Source: Nibricoccus sp. (GTDB lineage: Bacteria; Verrucomicrobiota; Verrucomicrobiia; Opitutales; Opitutaceae). Taken from it: a DNA stretch of 64,000 bases. Positions 49,719-58,401 of the stretch are shown in pieces. Where the stretch lies: contig JASGHG010000001.1 in assembly GCA_047602425.1 (NCBI GenBank), positions 2,208,001 through 2,272,000 of the forward strand, given 5' to 3'. Within the stretch, counting starts at the first letter, position 1; each line of letters begins with the position of its first letter. Below the pieces are notes generated by a model. That model was not told the DNA's origin, did not search any database, and saw only the letters and a list, made by a program, of their open reading frames with translations. The position numbers and the translations under genes were made by a program.

Positions 49719-52700
49719 ATTTTTACGCGGGCTGGCTTGGGAAGCGAACGCTCGCGCAACCAGGCGAAGATCACCGGCGTGACAATCAGAATGTGCACGA
49801 GGCTGGAGAGCATGCCTCCGACGACGGGAGCGGCGAGCGGCTGCATGATTTCCGCGCCGGTGCGACTGCTCCAGAAAATCGGCAGCAACGACGCGACAGT
49901 GGTGGCGACGGTCATGACCTTGGGGCGCAACCGCAGTCGCGCGCCGGCTTTGATCGCGCCGAGCAATTCATCGTGGTTCAGTTCGCGGCCGACTTCGGCG
50001 CGCTTTTTGGCAATGGCTTCTTCCAGGTACACGACCATGACGACGCCGGTCTGGATCGCCGTGCCGAACAATGCGATATAACCAACCCAGACGGCCACGC
50101 TGAAATTGAAACCCATGAAGTGTTGCAGAAGCACCCCGCCGGTGAGCGCGAACGGCACGGCGAGAATTACATGGGCCGCCTCGGAGATCGAATGGAACGT
50201 CATCACCAGCAGGCCAAAGATGATGAGCAACACGATGGGGAAAACGATTTTCAACGTTTCACGGGCACGGATCTGATTTTCGTACTGGCCGCTATATTCG
50301 ATGGTCATGCCGGGATCGAGCTTTAGCTCCTTGCCGACGCGCTCCTTGATTTCATCGACAAAGCCGCCGAGGTCACGCTCGTTCACGTTGGCCTGAACGT
50401 AGACGCGCAGGCGGCCGTTTTCGCTGGCGATTTCGTTTGGACCAATGACGCGTTTGACGGTGGCGACCTGTTTCAAAGGCACATAAGCGCCGGACGGCGT
50501 CGGAATCACCAAGTCGCCAATTTTTTCGATGTCATCGCGGTCGGCGCGATCGAGCCGAACCTGAATGGGCCAGCGTTCACGACCTTTGATTGTGGTGGCC
50601 ACGGTGGTTCCCCCGAGGCCGGTTTCGACGTAGCGGAAGAGGTCGGCCATTTTCAGACCATAGCGGCCCATCTCGGCGCGATTGGCTTCGATTTCGAGAT
50701 AGGGTTTGCCCTGCACGCGCGAAGGGGCGACGCCGGTGGCGCCAGAAATGGCGGTAATAATGCGTTCCAGTTCGAAGGCCTTTTGTTGAAGAGCGTCGAG
50801 ATTGTCGCCGAAAATTTTCACGCCGACCTGTGCGCGTATGCCAGTACTCGTCATCAAAATTCGATTTTCGATCGGTTGCAAAAATCCCGGGACGTAGCCC
50901 GGCACGGCGGTGAGTCGCTCGATGAGTTCACCGATGATCTGCTGCTTCGTCACGCCGGGCCGCCAGTCTTTCTGCGGCTTCAGCATGATGGTGGTTTCGA
51001 TCATTTCGATAGGCGCGGGATCGGTCGCGGTTTCGGAGCGTCCAAGTTTACCGGCTACGGAGACGACTTCCGGGTGCTGGCTGATGACTTTGTCCTGCCA
51101 GGCCATGATGCGTTTCACCTCGGTGAGCGAGGTGGCTGGAAGCAGCACGGGCATGAAAAGCAGGCTGCCTTCCTCAAGTGTCGGCATGAACTCGCTGCCG
51201 AAACCTTCCGTGTGCTTGGCGACGGACGGTGCGGCTTTGTGCAACCACGAATTCATCGCGCGAGGCAAACCGAAGGCTATCACCAAACAGGTTACCAGCA
51301 GCGTGAAGGCGAGACTGAGCACGGTTTTACGGTGGGTGAGTGCCCAGTCGAGCGTGGGGTTATAAGCCTTCAGCAGGAATTTCATCAGCCAATTTTCGTG
51401 CTCCGGCTTGAAGGGCCCGCGGACGAGCAACGTACAGAAAACCGGGACGGCAGTGATGGCGAGAAGGGTGGCGCCAAGCAGGGCAAACGATTTTGTGTAG
51501 GCGAGGGGATGGAAGAGTTTTCCCTCTTGGCCGCTGAGCAGAAACACCGGCACGAAGGCGAGGATGATAATCGCCATTGAAAAAAACATCGGACGGCCGA
51601 CCTGTGTGGCGGCTTCGAGCGTTTCCTTGAACGTTTCGGCGGCGGTGAGGCGGCGTTTCAAGTGCTCCTCCGCAATCTCGCAGTGCCGGATCACGTTTTC
51701 GGTCATCACGATGCCGGCATCGACCAGCACGCCGATGGAGATCGCGATGCCCGTCAGCGACATGATGTGCGACGGAATGCCGAACTCTTTCATAAGGATA
51801 AAAGAGATCAGGATCGACGCAGGCAGCGGCAGCGTGACGATCAGGATGCTGCGGAAGTGGAACAGAAAGAGGATGTGCGCGAGCGTCACGAGGATAACTT
51901 CCTCGGTCAGCGCGTGCTTGAGCGTGTCGATGGCACGCTCGATCAAATCGCTTCGGTCATAGAACGATTCTACGGTCACACCTTTCGGCAGGCCGGGCGC
52001 TATGGCGGCGAGCTTGGCCTTTACGTCGTTGATGACCTTGTAGGCATTTTCTCCATAGCGCATAACGACGATGCCGCCGACGACTTCGCGGCCATTCACG
52101 TCGAGCGTGCCGCGGCGGAAATCGCCCCCAATCTCCACGCGGGCAACGTCGCGCAAATAGAGCGGCGTGCCATTGCGCGGCATGAGCGGGATGGATTCGA
52201 GATCGGAGATTTTGCCGACGAGACCGACGCCGCGCACGATGTATTCGGCGCCATTTTCCTCGATGGTTTTGCCGCCGACGTTGAGATTGCTGGCGCCGAG
52301 AGCATCCATCACCTCGCCGAGCGGTACGCCAAATTGTTTCAATTTGAGCGAGGAGACCTCGACCTGGTACTGTCGCACGAAACCACCAAGGCTGCCGATT
52401 TCAGCAACGCCGGGAACCGCCGCGAGTTGATAACGAATGAAAGTATCCTGAAGCGTGCGCAGGGAACCGAGATCCTGCTGACCGGACTGATCCTTCAAAT
52501 AATATTGGTACACCCAGCCCAACCCCGTTGCATCCGGACCGAGGCGGGCGGCGATTCCCTCTGGCAAAAGGTTCCCCAGTGAATTGAGACGTTCGAGCAC
52601 GCGGGTGCGGGCAAAGTAATTTTCAATCTTATCGTCGAAGATGACGGTGAGGAACGAAAAGCCGAACATCGAAGTGGCGCGCACGGTTTTCACGCCGGCC

Positions 52701-52927
52701 AGACCCTGAAGCGAAACGGATAGAGGGTAGGTGATCTGGTCTTCCACTTCCTGCGGCGAGCGCCCCGGCCAGTCGGCGTAGACGATCACCTGGTTTTCCG
52801 ACAAATCGGGAATGGCGTCGATCGGGATGGTGCGCAGCGCGAAGAATCCCCACGCACAAAGGCCTAGAAAGGCGCTTAGGACGAGAAAGCGGTTGTGGAG
52901 CGACCAAGTGATGATGCGATTGATCAT
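49715..52927 (-). CDS. cusA: CusA-type Cu(I)/Ag(I) RND efflux permease
   Basis: DAIPDLSENQV, LGPDATGLGWVYQY; Met-triad contexts LLFMP, APIEMIET, RILMTSTG. Confidence 0.9.
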   Translation of the reverse strand: MINRIITWSLHNRFLVLSAFLGLCAWGFFALRTIPIDAIPDLSENQVIVYADWPGRSPQEVEDQITYPLSVSLQGLAGVKTVRATSMFGFSFLTVIFDDKIENYFARTRVLERLNSLGNLLPEGIAARLGPDATGLGWVYQYYLKDQSGQQDLGSLRTLQDTFIRYQLAAVPGVAEIGSLGGFVRQYQVEVSSLKLKQFGVPLGEVMDALGASNLNVGGKTIEENGAEYIVRGVGLVGKISDLESIPLMPRNGTPLYLRDVARVEIGGDFRRGTLDVNGREVVGGIVVMRYGENAYKVINDVKAKLAAIAPGLPKGVTVESFYDRSDLIERAIDTLKHALTEEVILVTLAHILFLFHFRSILIVTLPLPASILISFILMKEFGIPSHIMSLTGIAISIGVLVDAGIVMTENVIRHCEIAEEHLKRRLTAAETFKETLEAATQVGRPMFFSMAIIILAFVPVFLLSGQEGKLFHPLAYTKSFALLGATLLAITAVPVFCTLLVRGPFKPEHENWLMKFLLKAYNPTLDWALTHRKTVLSLAFTLLVTCLVIAFGLPRAMNSWLHKAAPSVAKHTEGFGSEFMPTLEEGSLLFMPVLLPATSLTEVKRIMAWQDKVISQHPEVVSVAGKLGRSETATDPAPIEMIETTIMLKPQKDWRPGVTKQQIIGELIERLTAVPGYVPGFLQPIENRILMTSTGIRAQVGVKIFGDNLDALQQKAFELERIITAISGATGVAPSRVQGKPYLEIEANRAEMGRYGLKMADLFRYVETGLGGTTVATTIKGRERWPIQVRLDRADRDDIEKIGDLVIPTPSGAYVPLKQVATVKRVIGPNEIASENGRLRVYVQANVNERDLGGFVDEIKERVGKELKLDPGMTIEYSGQYENQIRARETLKIVFPIVLLIIFGLLVMTFHSISEAAHVILAVPFALTGGVLLQHFMGFNFSVAVWVGYIALFGTAIQTGVVMVVYLEEAIAKKRAEVGRELNHDELLGAIKAGARLRLRPKVMTVATTVASLLPIFWSSRTGAEIMQPLAAPVVGGMLSSLVHILIVTPVIFAWLRERSLPKPARVKI

Positions 52928-52956
52928 TTAGAAAATGGAGGTCAAACCTCGAAAGG

Positions 52957-53064
52957 GCCACAGGAGAGCGCAGAGCTCGGACACAGAGGGCACTGAGAAT
53001 CGCGGGTAGGCCGGGTTTGTCAGACTCTGTGAACTCTGTGTCATCGCTCTGTGTTCTCCGTGGC
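52957..53064. repeat. Imperfect inverted-repeat element (CACAGAG / CTCTGTG units) between cusB-like gene and cusA
   Basis: GCCACAGGAGAGCGCAGAG..GACACAGAGGGCACTGAG ... CTCTGTGAACTCTGTGTC..CTCTGTGTTCTCCGTGGC. Confidence 0.75.
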
Positions 53065-53080
53065 GAAATTTGTCTTTAGG

Positions 53081-54730
53081 TTATTTTATTTCTTCACCGC
53101 AGTCGGACATGGCGGAGCCGAAGAAGGGATTGCGCATCGGTTCGCCGCGCTGGAGCCAGCGGCCGGTGCCGAGGACGGGAGACATCGGACATTGATAAAT
53201 TTTCACCGCACCGGAGTGGTGCAGATGAGCGGTTTTCGCGAGGTCGGCCACTGCGGTGCTGAAAACTTCGAATGAGCGTCGAGCCGCTTTGATGTCAGGA
53301 GAGGCTTTCAGTCCCTCGGTGAATTGTGCGAGCGGGCCTTTGGCAGCGTCGGGCGACGACTTCACATAGGCCGCGAAATTTGTCTGAAGGCTGGGAATGA
53401 GCTTTTGATATTTCTCCAAATCATCGCTCGCAAGTGCGTCGGCCGCATCGGCCGCGGCGAGGACGAGCGGTTTTAGCGTCTCGATGTCGGCAGCGTGTTC
53501 TTCGGCCATGGGTTTTTCCGACGCCGATTCTCCGCTCGCGCTGTGCGCGAGTTGCGCCTGACCGTCGAGAAGCAGAGCGCCCTGGGTGACGACACGTTCA
53601 TTTGCATGCAGTCCGCCGCGGACCGAATAGTATTCGTCGCCTGCCGCGGCGATTTCGATGGTGCGCGGTTCGTACACACCGCCGCCTTTGTCAACGTAGA
53701 CGAGCGGCTTCGCTTGTGTATGCAAAACGGCACTACGCGGGACGAGTGTGGAATCAGGAACTTCGACCCGTACGTGGCCGGTGGCCGTGACACGGTGGAG
53801 CAGTTTCCGCTCGGCATTGTCGATGACCACGCGAACACGCGCGGTGCGAGTCATGGGATCGAGGTTCGGGTTGATGAAGGTGATTTGTGCGCCAAAGACT
53901 TCGCCGGGGCGCGAAGGCGTTGCCACCTCGACGTGCTGCCCCACGCGCAGCCAGGCAAGGTCGGACTCATAGGCGTCGAACAAAAACCACATCTTGGAAA
54001 AATCCGCGATCGTGAGAATGGGCGCGCCGGTCATGACATAGCTGCCTTCGTAGGCATTGCGCTCCAAAACCGAACCACCGACAGGCGCCAGAATTTCAGT
54101 CTCGCGGCTCACCGTTTCGGCTTTGGCGAGCGCGTCGATCTGCTCGGAGAGAAGGCCGAGACGAAGGAGCTTTTCGCGGGCGGCCGCGGCGAGGGGCGAA
54201 TCGCTGCCACCTTGCGCGAGCGCGTGGAACTCCTGTCGCACCTGCAATAATTCAGGCGAATAAACGAGCGCGAGTGGCTGGCCGGCGGCGAATTCCTGTC
54301 CGACTTGGTTCACAAAAAGCTTTTCAAGCCGAACCTCGGTATAGGCGGAAACGATGCGGTGGCGCGTATCGTCGTCCTCGATCGTGCCGGTGACACGAAG
54401 CGTGCGGGTGAGCGGGCCGGTTTTGACTTCGCTGGTCTGGACTCCGATCACGGAGGCGGTCGCGGGCGTGAGAGTGACGAGCCCGTTTTTTGTCTCGAAG
54501 CCGGCGTCACCCTCGTAGACCGGCACCAGGTCCATGCCGCAGATCGTGCATTTGCCGGGTTTGTCGGACTTGATCCACGGATGCATCGGACTTTGGTAGA
54601 ACTTGATCGTACGTCCGCCGGCCGTTGCCGAACCAGTCGCAGAGGCATGATCGCGTTTTGCGATAAAGAATCCGGCGCCGCCGGCGACGGCGGCCGTGAG
54701 AAGGACGATTAGAAAAGTTTTGGCGTTCAT
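53081..54730 (-). CDS. CusB-type periplasmic adaptor with heavy-metal-binding N-domain and C-terminal extra domain
   Basis: YQSPMHP..KPGKCTICGMDL; C-terminal YQCPM...NPFFGSAMSDCG (DUF3347-like). Confidence 0.88.
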   Translation of the reverse strand: MNAKTFLIVLLTAAVAGGAGFFIAKRDHASATGSATAGGRTIKFYQSPMHPWIKSDKPGKCTICGMDLVPVYEGDAGFETKNGLVTLTPATASVIGVQTSEVKTGPLTRTLRVTGTIEDDDTRHRIVSAYTEVRLEKLFVNQVGQEFAAGQPLALVYSPELLQVRQEFHALAQGGSDSPLAAAAREKLLRLGLLSEQIDALAKAETVSRETEILAPVGGSVLERNAYEGSYVMTGAPILTIADFSKMWFLFDAYESDLAWLRVGQHVEVATPSRPGEVFGAQITFINPNLDPMTRTARVRVVIDNAERKLLHRVTATGHVRVEVPDSTLVPRSAVLHTQAKPLVYVDKGGGVYEPRTIEIAAAGDEYYSVRGGLHANERVVTQGALLLDGQAQLAHSASGESASEKPMAEEHAADIETLKPLVLAAADAADALASDDLEKYQKLIPSLQTNFAAYVKSSPDAAKGPLAQFTEGLKASPDIKAARRSFEVFSTAVADLAKTAHLHHSGAVKIYQCPMSPVLGTGRWLQRGEPMRNPFFGSAMSDCGEEIK

Positions 54731-55977
54731 TGGGTGACGTCTTGTGCGGTCAGAAAATCGTAGGAGGCGGTGGCTTGGGCGTGTTCGCTGCGAACCTCGA
54801 CCAGCTTCATTTCGGTTTCGAGCAGGGCGCGCTGGGCCATGACGACCTCCAGCAATGGCGCCTGACCGCTCTCATAGGCACGGTGCTGAGTGGCGGCTTG
54901 CTGCTGTGCGAGGGGAAGAAGTTCGTTGCGGTAGCGGGCGATCTGCGTGGCGGTGATATTGATGCGTTGGATCACGCCTGCGACCATGCCAGCGAGTTCG
55001 CTTTCGGTCATTTGCACCTCGGCGCGCGCGGCGGTGATCATGCTGCGCGCTTCGGCGCGCTGGGCTTTGTTGCGCTTGTCGTTAAACCAAGGCACGCTGA
55101 ACGCCACGCCGGTGTCGTAACTGGAAATCACGTCGCCACTGCGATTCATCTGGCGGCCACGCACCATGATTTCAGGATCGATCGCACGATTTTTTTCCGC
55201 GATGGCGAGCTGGGCCTCGGCCGCTTTCACGCGGCGCGCGGCGCGAGCGAGCTCCGGATTGTGAAGGCGGGCGTGGGCCAGCGCTTCGGCGGGCGTGATC
55301 GAAATCGGACGAGCCTCAGGCAGGTTGAGAGGCGCGATCGCGGTCGCGGGCTCTCGCAACATCAAGGCGTTGAGTTTGCTGACGTCTTCTACGCGCATCG
55401 CGGCGAGATCGGCCTGTTCGGCATCGAGTCGCGCGAGTTCGGCCTGCGTGGTGATCAGATCCGCCTGCATGCGTTGACCGCGCTCATAAGCCTGGCGGGT
55501 CAACGTCACGGTTTGACGAAGGAGCGCGCGGAGACGTTCGTTAACGGCGGCTTTTGTATCGACAGCGGCAATACGCAGGTAGGCGGTGCGTGCCTGGTTG
55601 AACAAGTCGCGTTCGCGAACGGCGATGGCGGCATCGGCGACTCCGGCTTCCGCTGCGGCGGCTTCGGAGCGGAGTTTGTTGCGACGGCTCAGCGGAAGCT
55701 CTTGCGAGGCGGTCACCTCGATTTCCGAGTAAGTCGCGAAGCGTAACGTATCCTCGCGACGCCACTCGACTCCAACCTTCGGATCCATCCAAGCTTTTTC
55801 CTGCGCCACGCGCGCCCTCATGGCTTCGGCTTCGGCGCGCGAAGCGGCGAGCGCTGGATGATGTGTGCGAATGGCGGAAAAAACATCGCCGAGCGTCAGC
55901 GGCGGCGGCGGTTCTTCAGCGGCCATGGTGCTGGCGAACAGCACCGTGGCGAGAAAGCTTAAGGCTGGGCGTCGCAT
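54727..55977 (-). CDS. TolC-family outer membrane factor
   Basis: Signal peptide, helical OEP repeats, AYESGQ motif; first large gene of the efflux operon. Confidence 0.88.
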   Translation of the reverse strand: MRRPALSFLATVLFASTMAAEEPPPPLTLGDVFSAIRTHHPALAASRAEAEAMRARVAQEKAWMDPKVGVEWRREDTLRFATYSEIEVTASQELPLSRRNKLRSEAAAAEAGVADAAIAVRERDLFNQARTAYLRIAAVDTKAAVNERLRALLRQTVTLTRQAYERGQRMQADLITTQAELARLDAEQADLAAMRVEDVSKLNALMLREPATAIAPLNLPEARPISITPAEALAHARLHNPELARAARRVKAAEAQLAIAEKNRAIDPEIMVRGRQMNRSGDVISSYDTGVAFSVPWFNDKRNKAQRAEARSMITAARAEVQMTESELAGMVAGVIQRINITATQIARYRNELLPLAQQQAATQHRAYESGQAPLLEVVMAQRALLETEMKLVEVRSEHAQATASYDFLTAQDVTQ

Positions 55978-55983
55978 GGAAGA

Positions 55984-56322
55984 TCAGGCCTTTTTCTTTT
56001 GAGCGGCTGCCTCGTCGATCAGCTTCAGATACTTGGCGGGATCTTTTTTGAATTTGCCAATGCACATCTTGCAGCAGAAGCGCACGAGGCGGTCGGGTTT
56101 GCCTTCTTCTTTATGGATATAGTCGATGGGTGTCCCCATCTCGCCGAGCTTTTCGCCCGAAACGACGCACGTATCAAGCGGGTAGGCCGCGGTGTCGGCA
56201 GCTGCGATCAATTGCACCGATGTCGGTTTGGCGGCACAGCAACCGCCGCAGGAGGAATCGCCGGCGGCGAACGCCAGGGAGGCGAGGGAGACAAAAGGGA
56301 GGAGGAGGAGTGATTTTTTCAT
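55984..56322 (-). CDS. Small secreted Cys-rich metal-binding protein (YHS/TRASH-like)
   Basis: Signal peptide; SCGGCC, CVVSGEKL, RFCCKMC..FKKDPAKYL. Confidence 0.75.
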   Translation of the reverse strand: MKKSLLLLPFVSLASLAFAAGDSSCGGCCAAKPTSVQLIAAADTAAYPLDTCVVSGEKLGEMGTPIDYIHKEEGKPDRLVRFCCKMCIGKFKKDPAKYLKLIDEAAAQKKKA

Positions 56323-56348
56323 ATGGGAATAAATGCGGAACAGCCTCC

Positions 56349-56376
56349 TTACGCCCGACAACTGGCGAAACCCTCA
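56349..56376 (-). promoter_or_regulatory. ECF promoter copy 1 (efflux operon)
   Basis: Minus strand TGAGGG-N16-GCGTAA. Confidence 0.75.
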
Positions 56377-56393
56377 AATATTTTGAATAAATC

Positions 56394-56421
56394 TGAGGGG
56401 TGCGCTTATCCTCAGGTGTAC
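56394..56421 (+). promoter_or_regulatory. ECF promoter copy 2 (autoregulatory)
   Basis: TGAGGG-N16-GTGTAC. Confidence 0.7.
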
Positions 56422-56440
56422 GGTGAGCAAAGAAATCATC

Positions 56441-56746
56441 ATGAATCCAAATCCGAACGACGCAGAACTGGGGCCGCTGCTCCGGGAAAATTTTCAGGTT
56501 GGGCCCGCAAAAACCCCCGCGTTTCGTGCTGAGGTGTGGGCTCGCATTGAGGCCAGGCGCCGGGCTCCCGTGACTTGGAGCGCATGGCTGCGACTGAATG
56601 CGATGCGTTTTGCCCTGCTCACGATCGCTACGATAACAATTGGCAGTGTCGGTGGCGGCTGGATCGCCAAAGCCCAGACCGACCAAAACCGCGAGCAGCT
56701 GGTGCGGCAGTACCTCGCGAGCATCGATCCGCACCAGAAAATCTAA
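56441..56746 (+). CDS. Putative single-TM anti-sigma factor
   Basis: Short cytoplasmic N-terminus (FRAEVWARI), one TM, short tail YLASIDP; precedes sensor and ECF genes. Confidence 0.65.
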   Translation: MNPNPNDAELGPLLRENFQVGPAKTPAFRAEVWARIEARRRAPVTWSAWLRLNAMRFALLTIATITIGSVGGGWIAKAQTDQNREQLVRQYLASIDPHQKI

Positions 56747-56757
56747 GCCGCACACCG

Positions 56758-57261
56758 ATGAAATTCCGCTGGATCGCCGCCTTTTTGATTTTCGCCCTTG
56801 GGTTGGTAGCGGGTGGTTCGACCTATCTTTGCTTCCGCAAGCCGCTGCCGGTGGCATCCGCGGGAGAGGATGCGTCGCTTCTTTGGCTGCGCTCGGACTT
56901 TAATTTACCTGCGGACAAGATGGCGCGCATCGCTCAACTGCACGAAGCCTATCGGGGAATCTGCGACGAGCATTGCCGCCAGATTCGCGAAGCACGCGTC
57001 ACTGTGAAAAAAATGCGCGCCGCCTCGGCCGAGCATTGCGACATCGTCGCCGCCGAAGCAAAAGTGGCCGATCTGGACCGCGTGTGTGTTACGAGCCTGG
57101 AGGCCCACCTGCGGGAAATTGCCGGCGTGATTGGCGGTAATGAAGGAGAGCGTTATCTTGCCGTCGTGTTGCCACGCATCGCGCATTTTGATCATTCCGG
57201 AGCGCCGAACCTTAATCTAGACACCACGGACAAGACGCATGACCACCACGCCCATCACTGA
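56758..57261 (+). CDS. Periplasmic heavy-metal sensor (CnrX/Spy-like helical protein)
   Basis: N-terminal TM, WLRSDFNL, LHEAYRGICDEHC, further Cys/His, His-rich tail THDHHAHH. Confidence 0.7.
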   Translation: MKFRWIAAFLIFALGLVAGGSTYLCFRKPLPVASAGEDASLLWLRSDFNLPADKMARIAQLHEAYRGICDEHCRQIREARVTVKKMRAASAEHCDIVAAEAKVADLDRVCVTSLEAHLREIAGVIGGNEGERYLAVVLPRIAHFDHSGAPNLNLDTTDKTHDHHAHH

Positions 57262-57841
57262 GACGGGCACGCCGACGGATGAGGACCTGATGGTGGCGCT
57301 GCAAGGAGGCCAGGATGCAGCGCTTGCTTCGCTCATGGAGCGCTGGGAACTTCCGGTGAAAGCATTTCTCCAGCGCCTCGGTGTTCCCGCGGCCGACGTG
57401 GAGGACGTGGCACAGGAAGCATTCGTGAAACTTTACGAAACACGGGCGCGGTTTCACGCCGGCTCGGCTTTCAAACCATGGTTACTCACGCTCGCAGGCA
57501 ATCTCGGGCGTAATCGGTTGCGGTGGAGATTCCGGCGGCGCGAAGACAGCATCGAGGCTATCGACGCGGCTCAAGCTGGCGGTTTTCAACCGGCTGATCC
57601 CACGGCGATGACAGGCGCGGTAGTCGCGGAAAAAAACGCGCTCCGGCAGACGGTGCGCGCAGCGGTGGAAGCGTTGCCGAACAATTTGCGAGAGGCAGTC
57701 GTGTGCGTGGAACTGGAAGAAATGAGTTACAACGACGCTGCACAGGTCATGAAATGCTCAACCAAGGCCGTGGAAACCCGGCTGTACCGTGCGCGGCAAT
57801 TGTTGCGCACGACGCTGCAGAGCTGGCTGACGAAAGAGTGA
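57239..57841 (+). CDS. ECF sigma-70 factor
   Basis: TDEDLM, VEDVAQEAF, FKPWL, sigma4 MSYNDAAQVMKCSTKAVETRLYRAR. Confidence 0.93.
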   Translation: MTTTPITETGTPTDEDLMVALQGGQDAALASLMERWELPVKAFLQRLGVPAADVEDVAQEAFVKLYETRARFHAGSAFKPWLLTLAGNLGRNRLRWRFRRREDSIEAIDAAQAGGFQPADPTAMTGAVVAEKNALRQTVRAAVEALPNNLREAVVCVELEEMSYNDAAQVMKCSTKAVETRLYRARQLLRTTLQSWLTKE

Positions 57842-57875
57842 GCGATGACGGATGCGACTTGGGGGAGGCCGACAT

Positions 57876-57905
57876 AAAAATAAGGGCGCCGGATGTTGGC
57901 GCCCT
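57876..57905 (-). terminator. Intrinsic terminator for the minus-strand small gene
   Basis: AAAAATA-AGGGCGCC-ggatgtt-GGCGCCCT. Confidence 0.6.
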
Positions 57906-57924
57906 GGTTTGAGAATTTCGCGAA

Positions 57925-58224
57925 TTAGGATTTCGCCTTGGTCGCGCAGCAGCTCATCGAGCTGTCATTGCAGTCGGAACAATCCATGTTCGTGCTGACG
58001 ACCTTGCGGATCGGAAGGCCGCGCGGGCCGGTGGTGACCTGAACCACCTCGGTGACTTTGCACTTCGAAGTGGGGGTCTGGGCAGCGGCATCGCGCGCGG
58101 CTTTGGCAGATCGGGCGACGGCGCCCACGCGGGTGAAATAGTCGGCGCCGGGACCGGCGCTAAGCGAGGAGGAACCTAGAGCGACCAGTGCGACGAGGGG
58201 CAGAAGAATGCGGAAGGATTTCAT
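57925..58224 (-). CDS. Small secreted Cys-rich hypothetical protein
   Basis: Signal peptide; C-terminal MDCSDCNDSSMSCC; own ECF-type promoter and terminator. Confidence 0.75.
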   Translation of the reverse strand: MKSFRILLPLVALVALGSSSLSAGPGADYFTRVGAVARSAKAARDAAAQTPTSKCKVTEVVQVTTGPRGLPIRKVVSTNMDCSDCNDSSMSCCATKAKS

Positions 58225-58268
58225 GAGAGGGTGTTTTGATTGTTTTGGTGAATTAACTTCGAGTCACC

Positions 58269-58296
58269 TTACACTCGGTTATTGGCGAAACCCTCA
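58269..58296 (-). promoter_or_regulatory. ECF promoter copy 3
   Basis: Minus strand TGAGGG-N16-GTGTAA; shares TGAGGGTTTCGCCA with copy 1. Confidence 0.75.
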
Positions 58297-58401
58297 GGAA
58301 TTCCTCAGAAAACCTGCGACAAGAAATGAGAGGCGCCATGTAGCTTTGCCTCGTTTCGAAACGGCGCCGGCGGCGCGCCACAATCGAGCCCGACTAACAG
58401 C

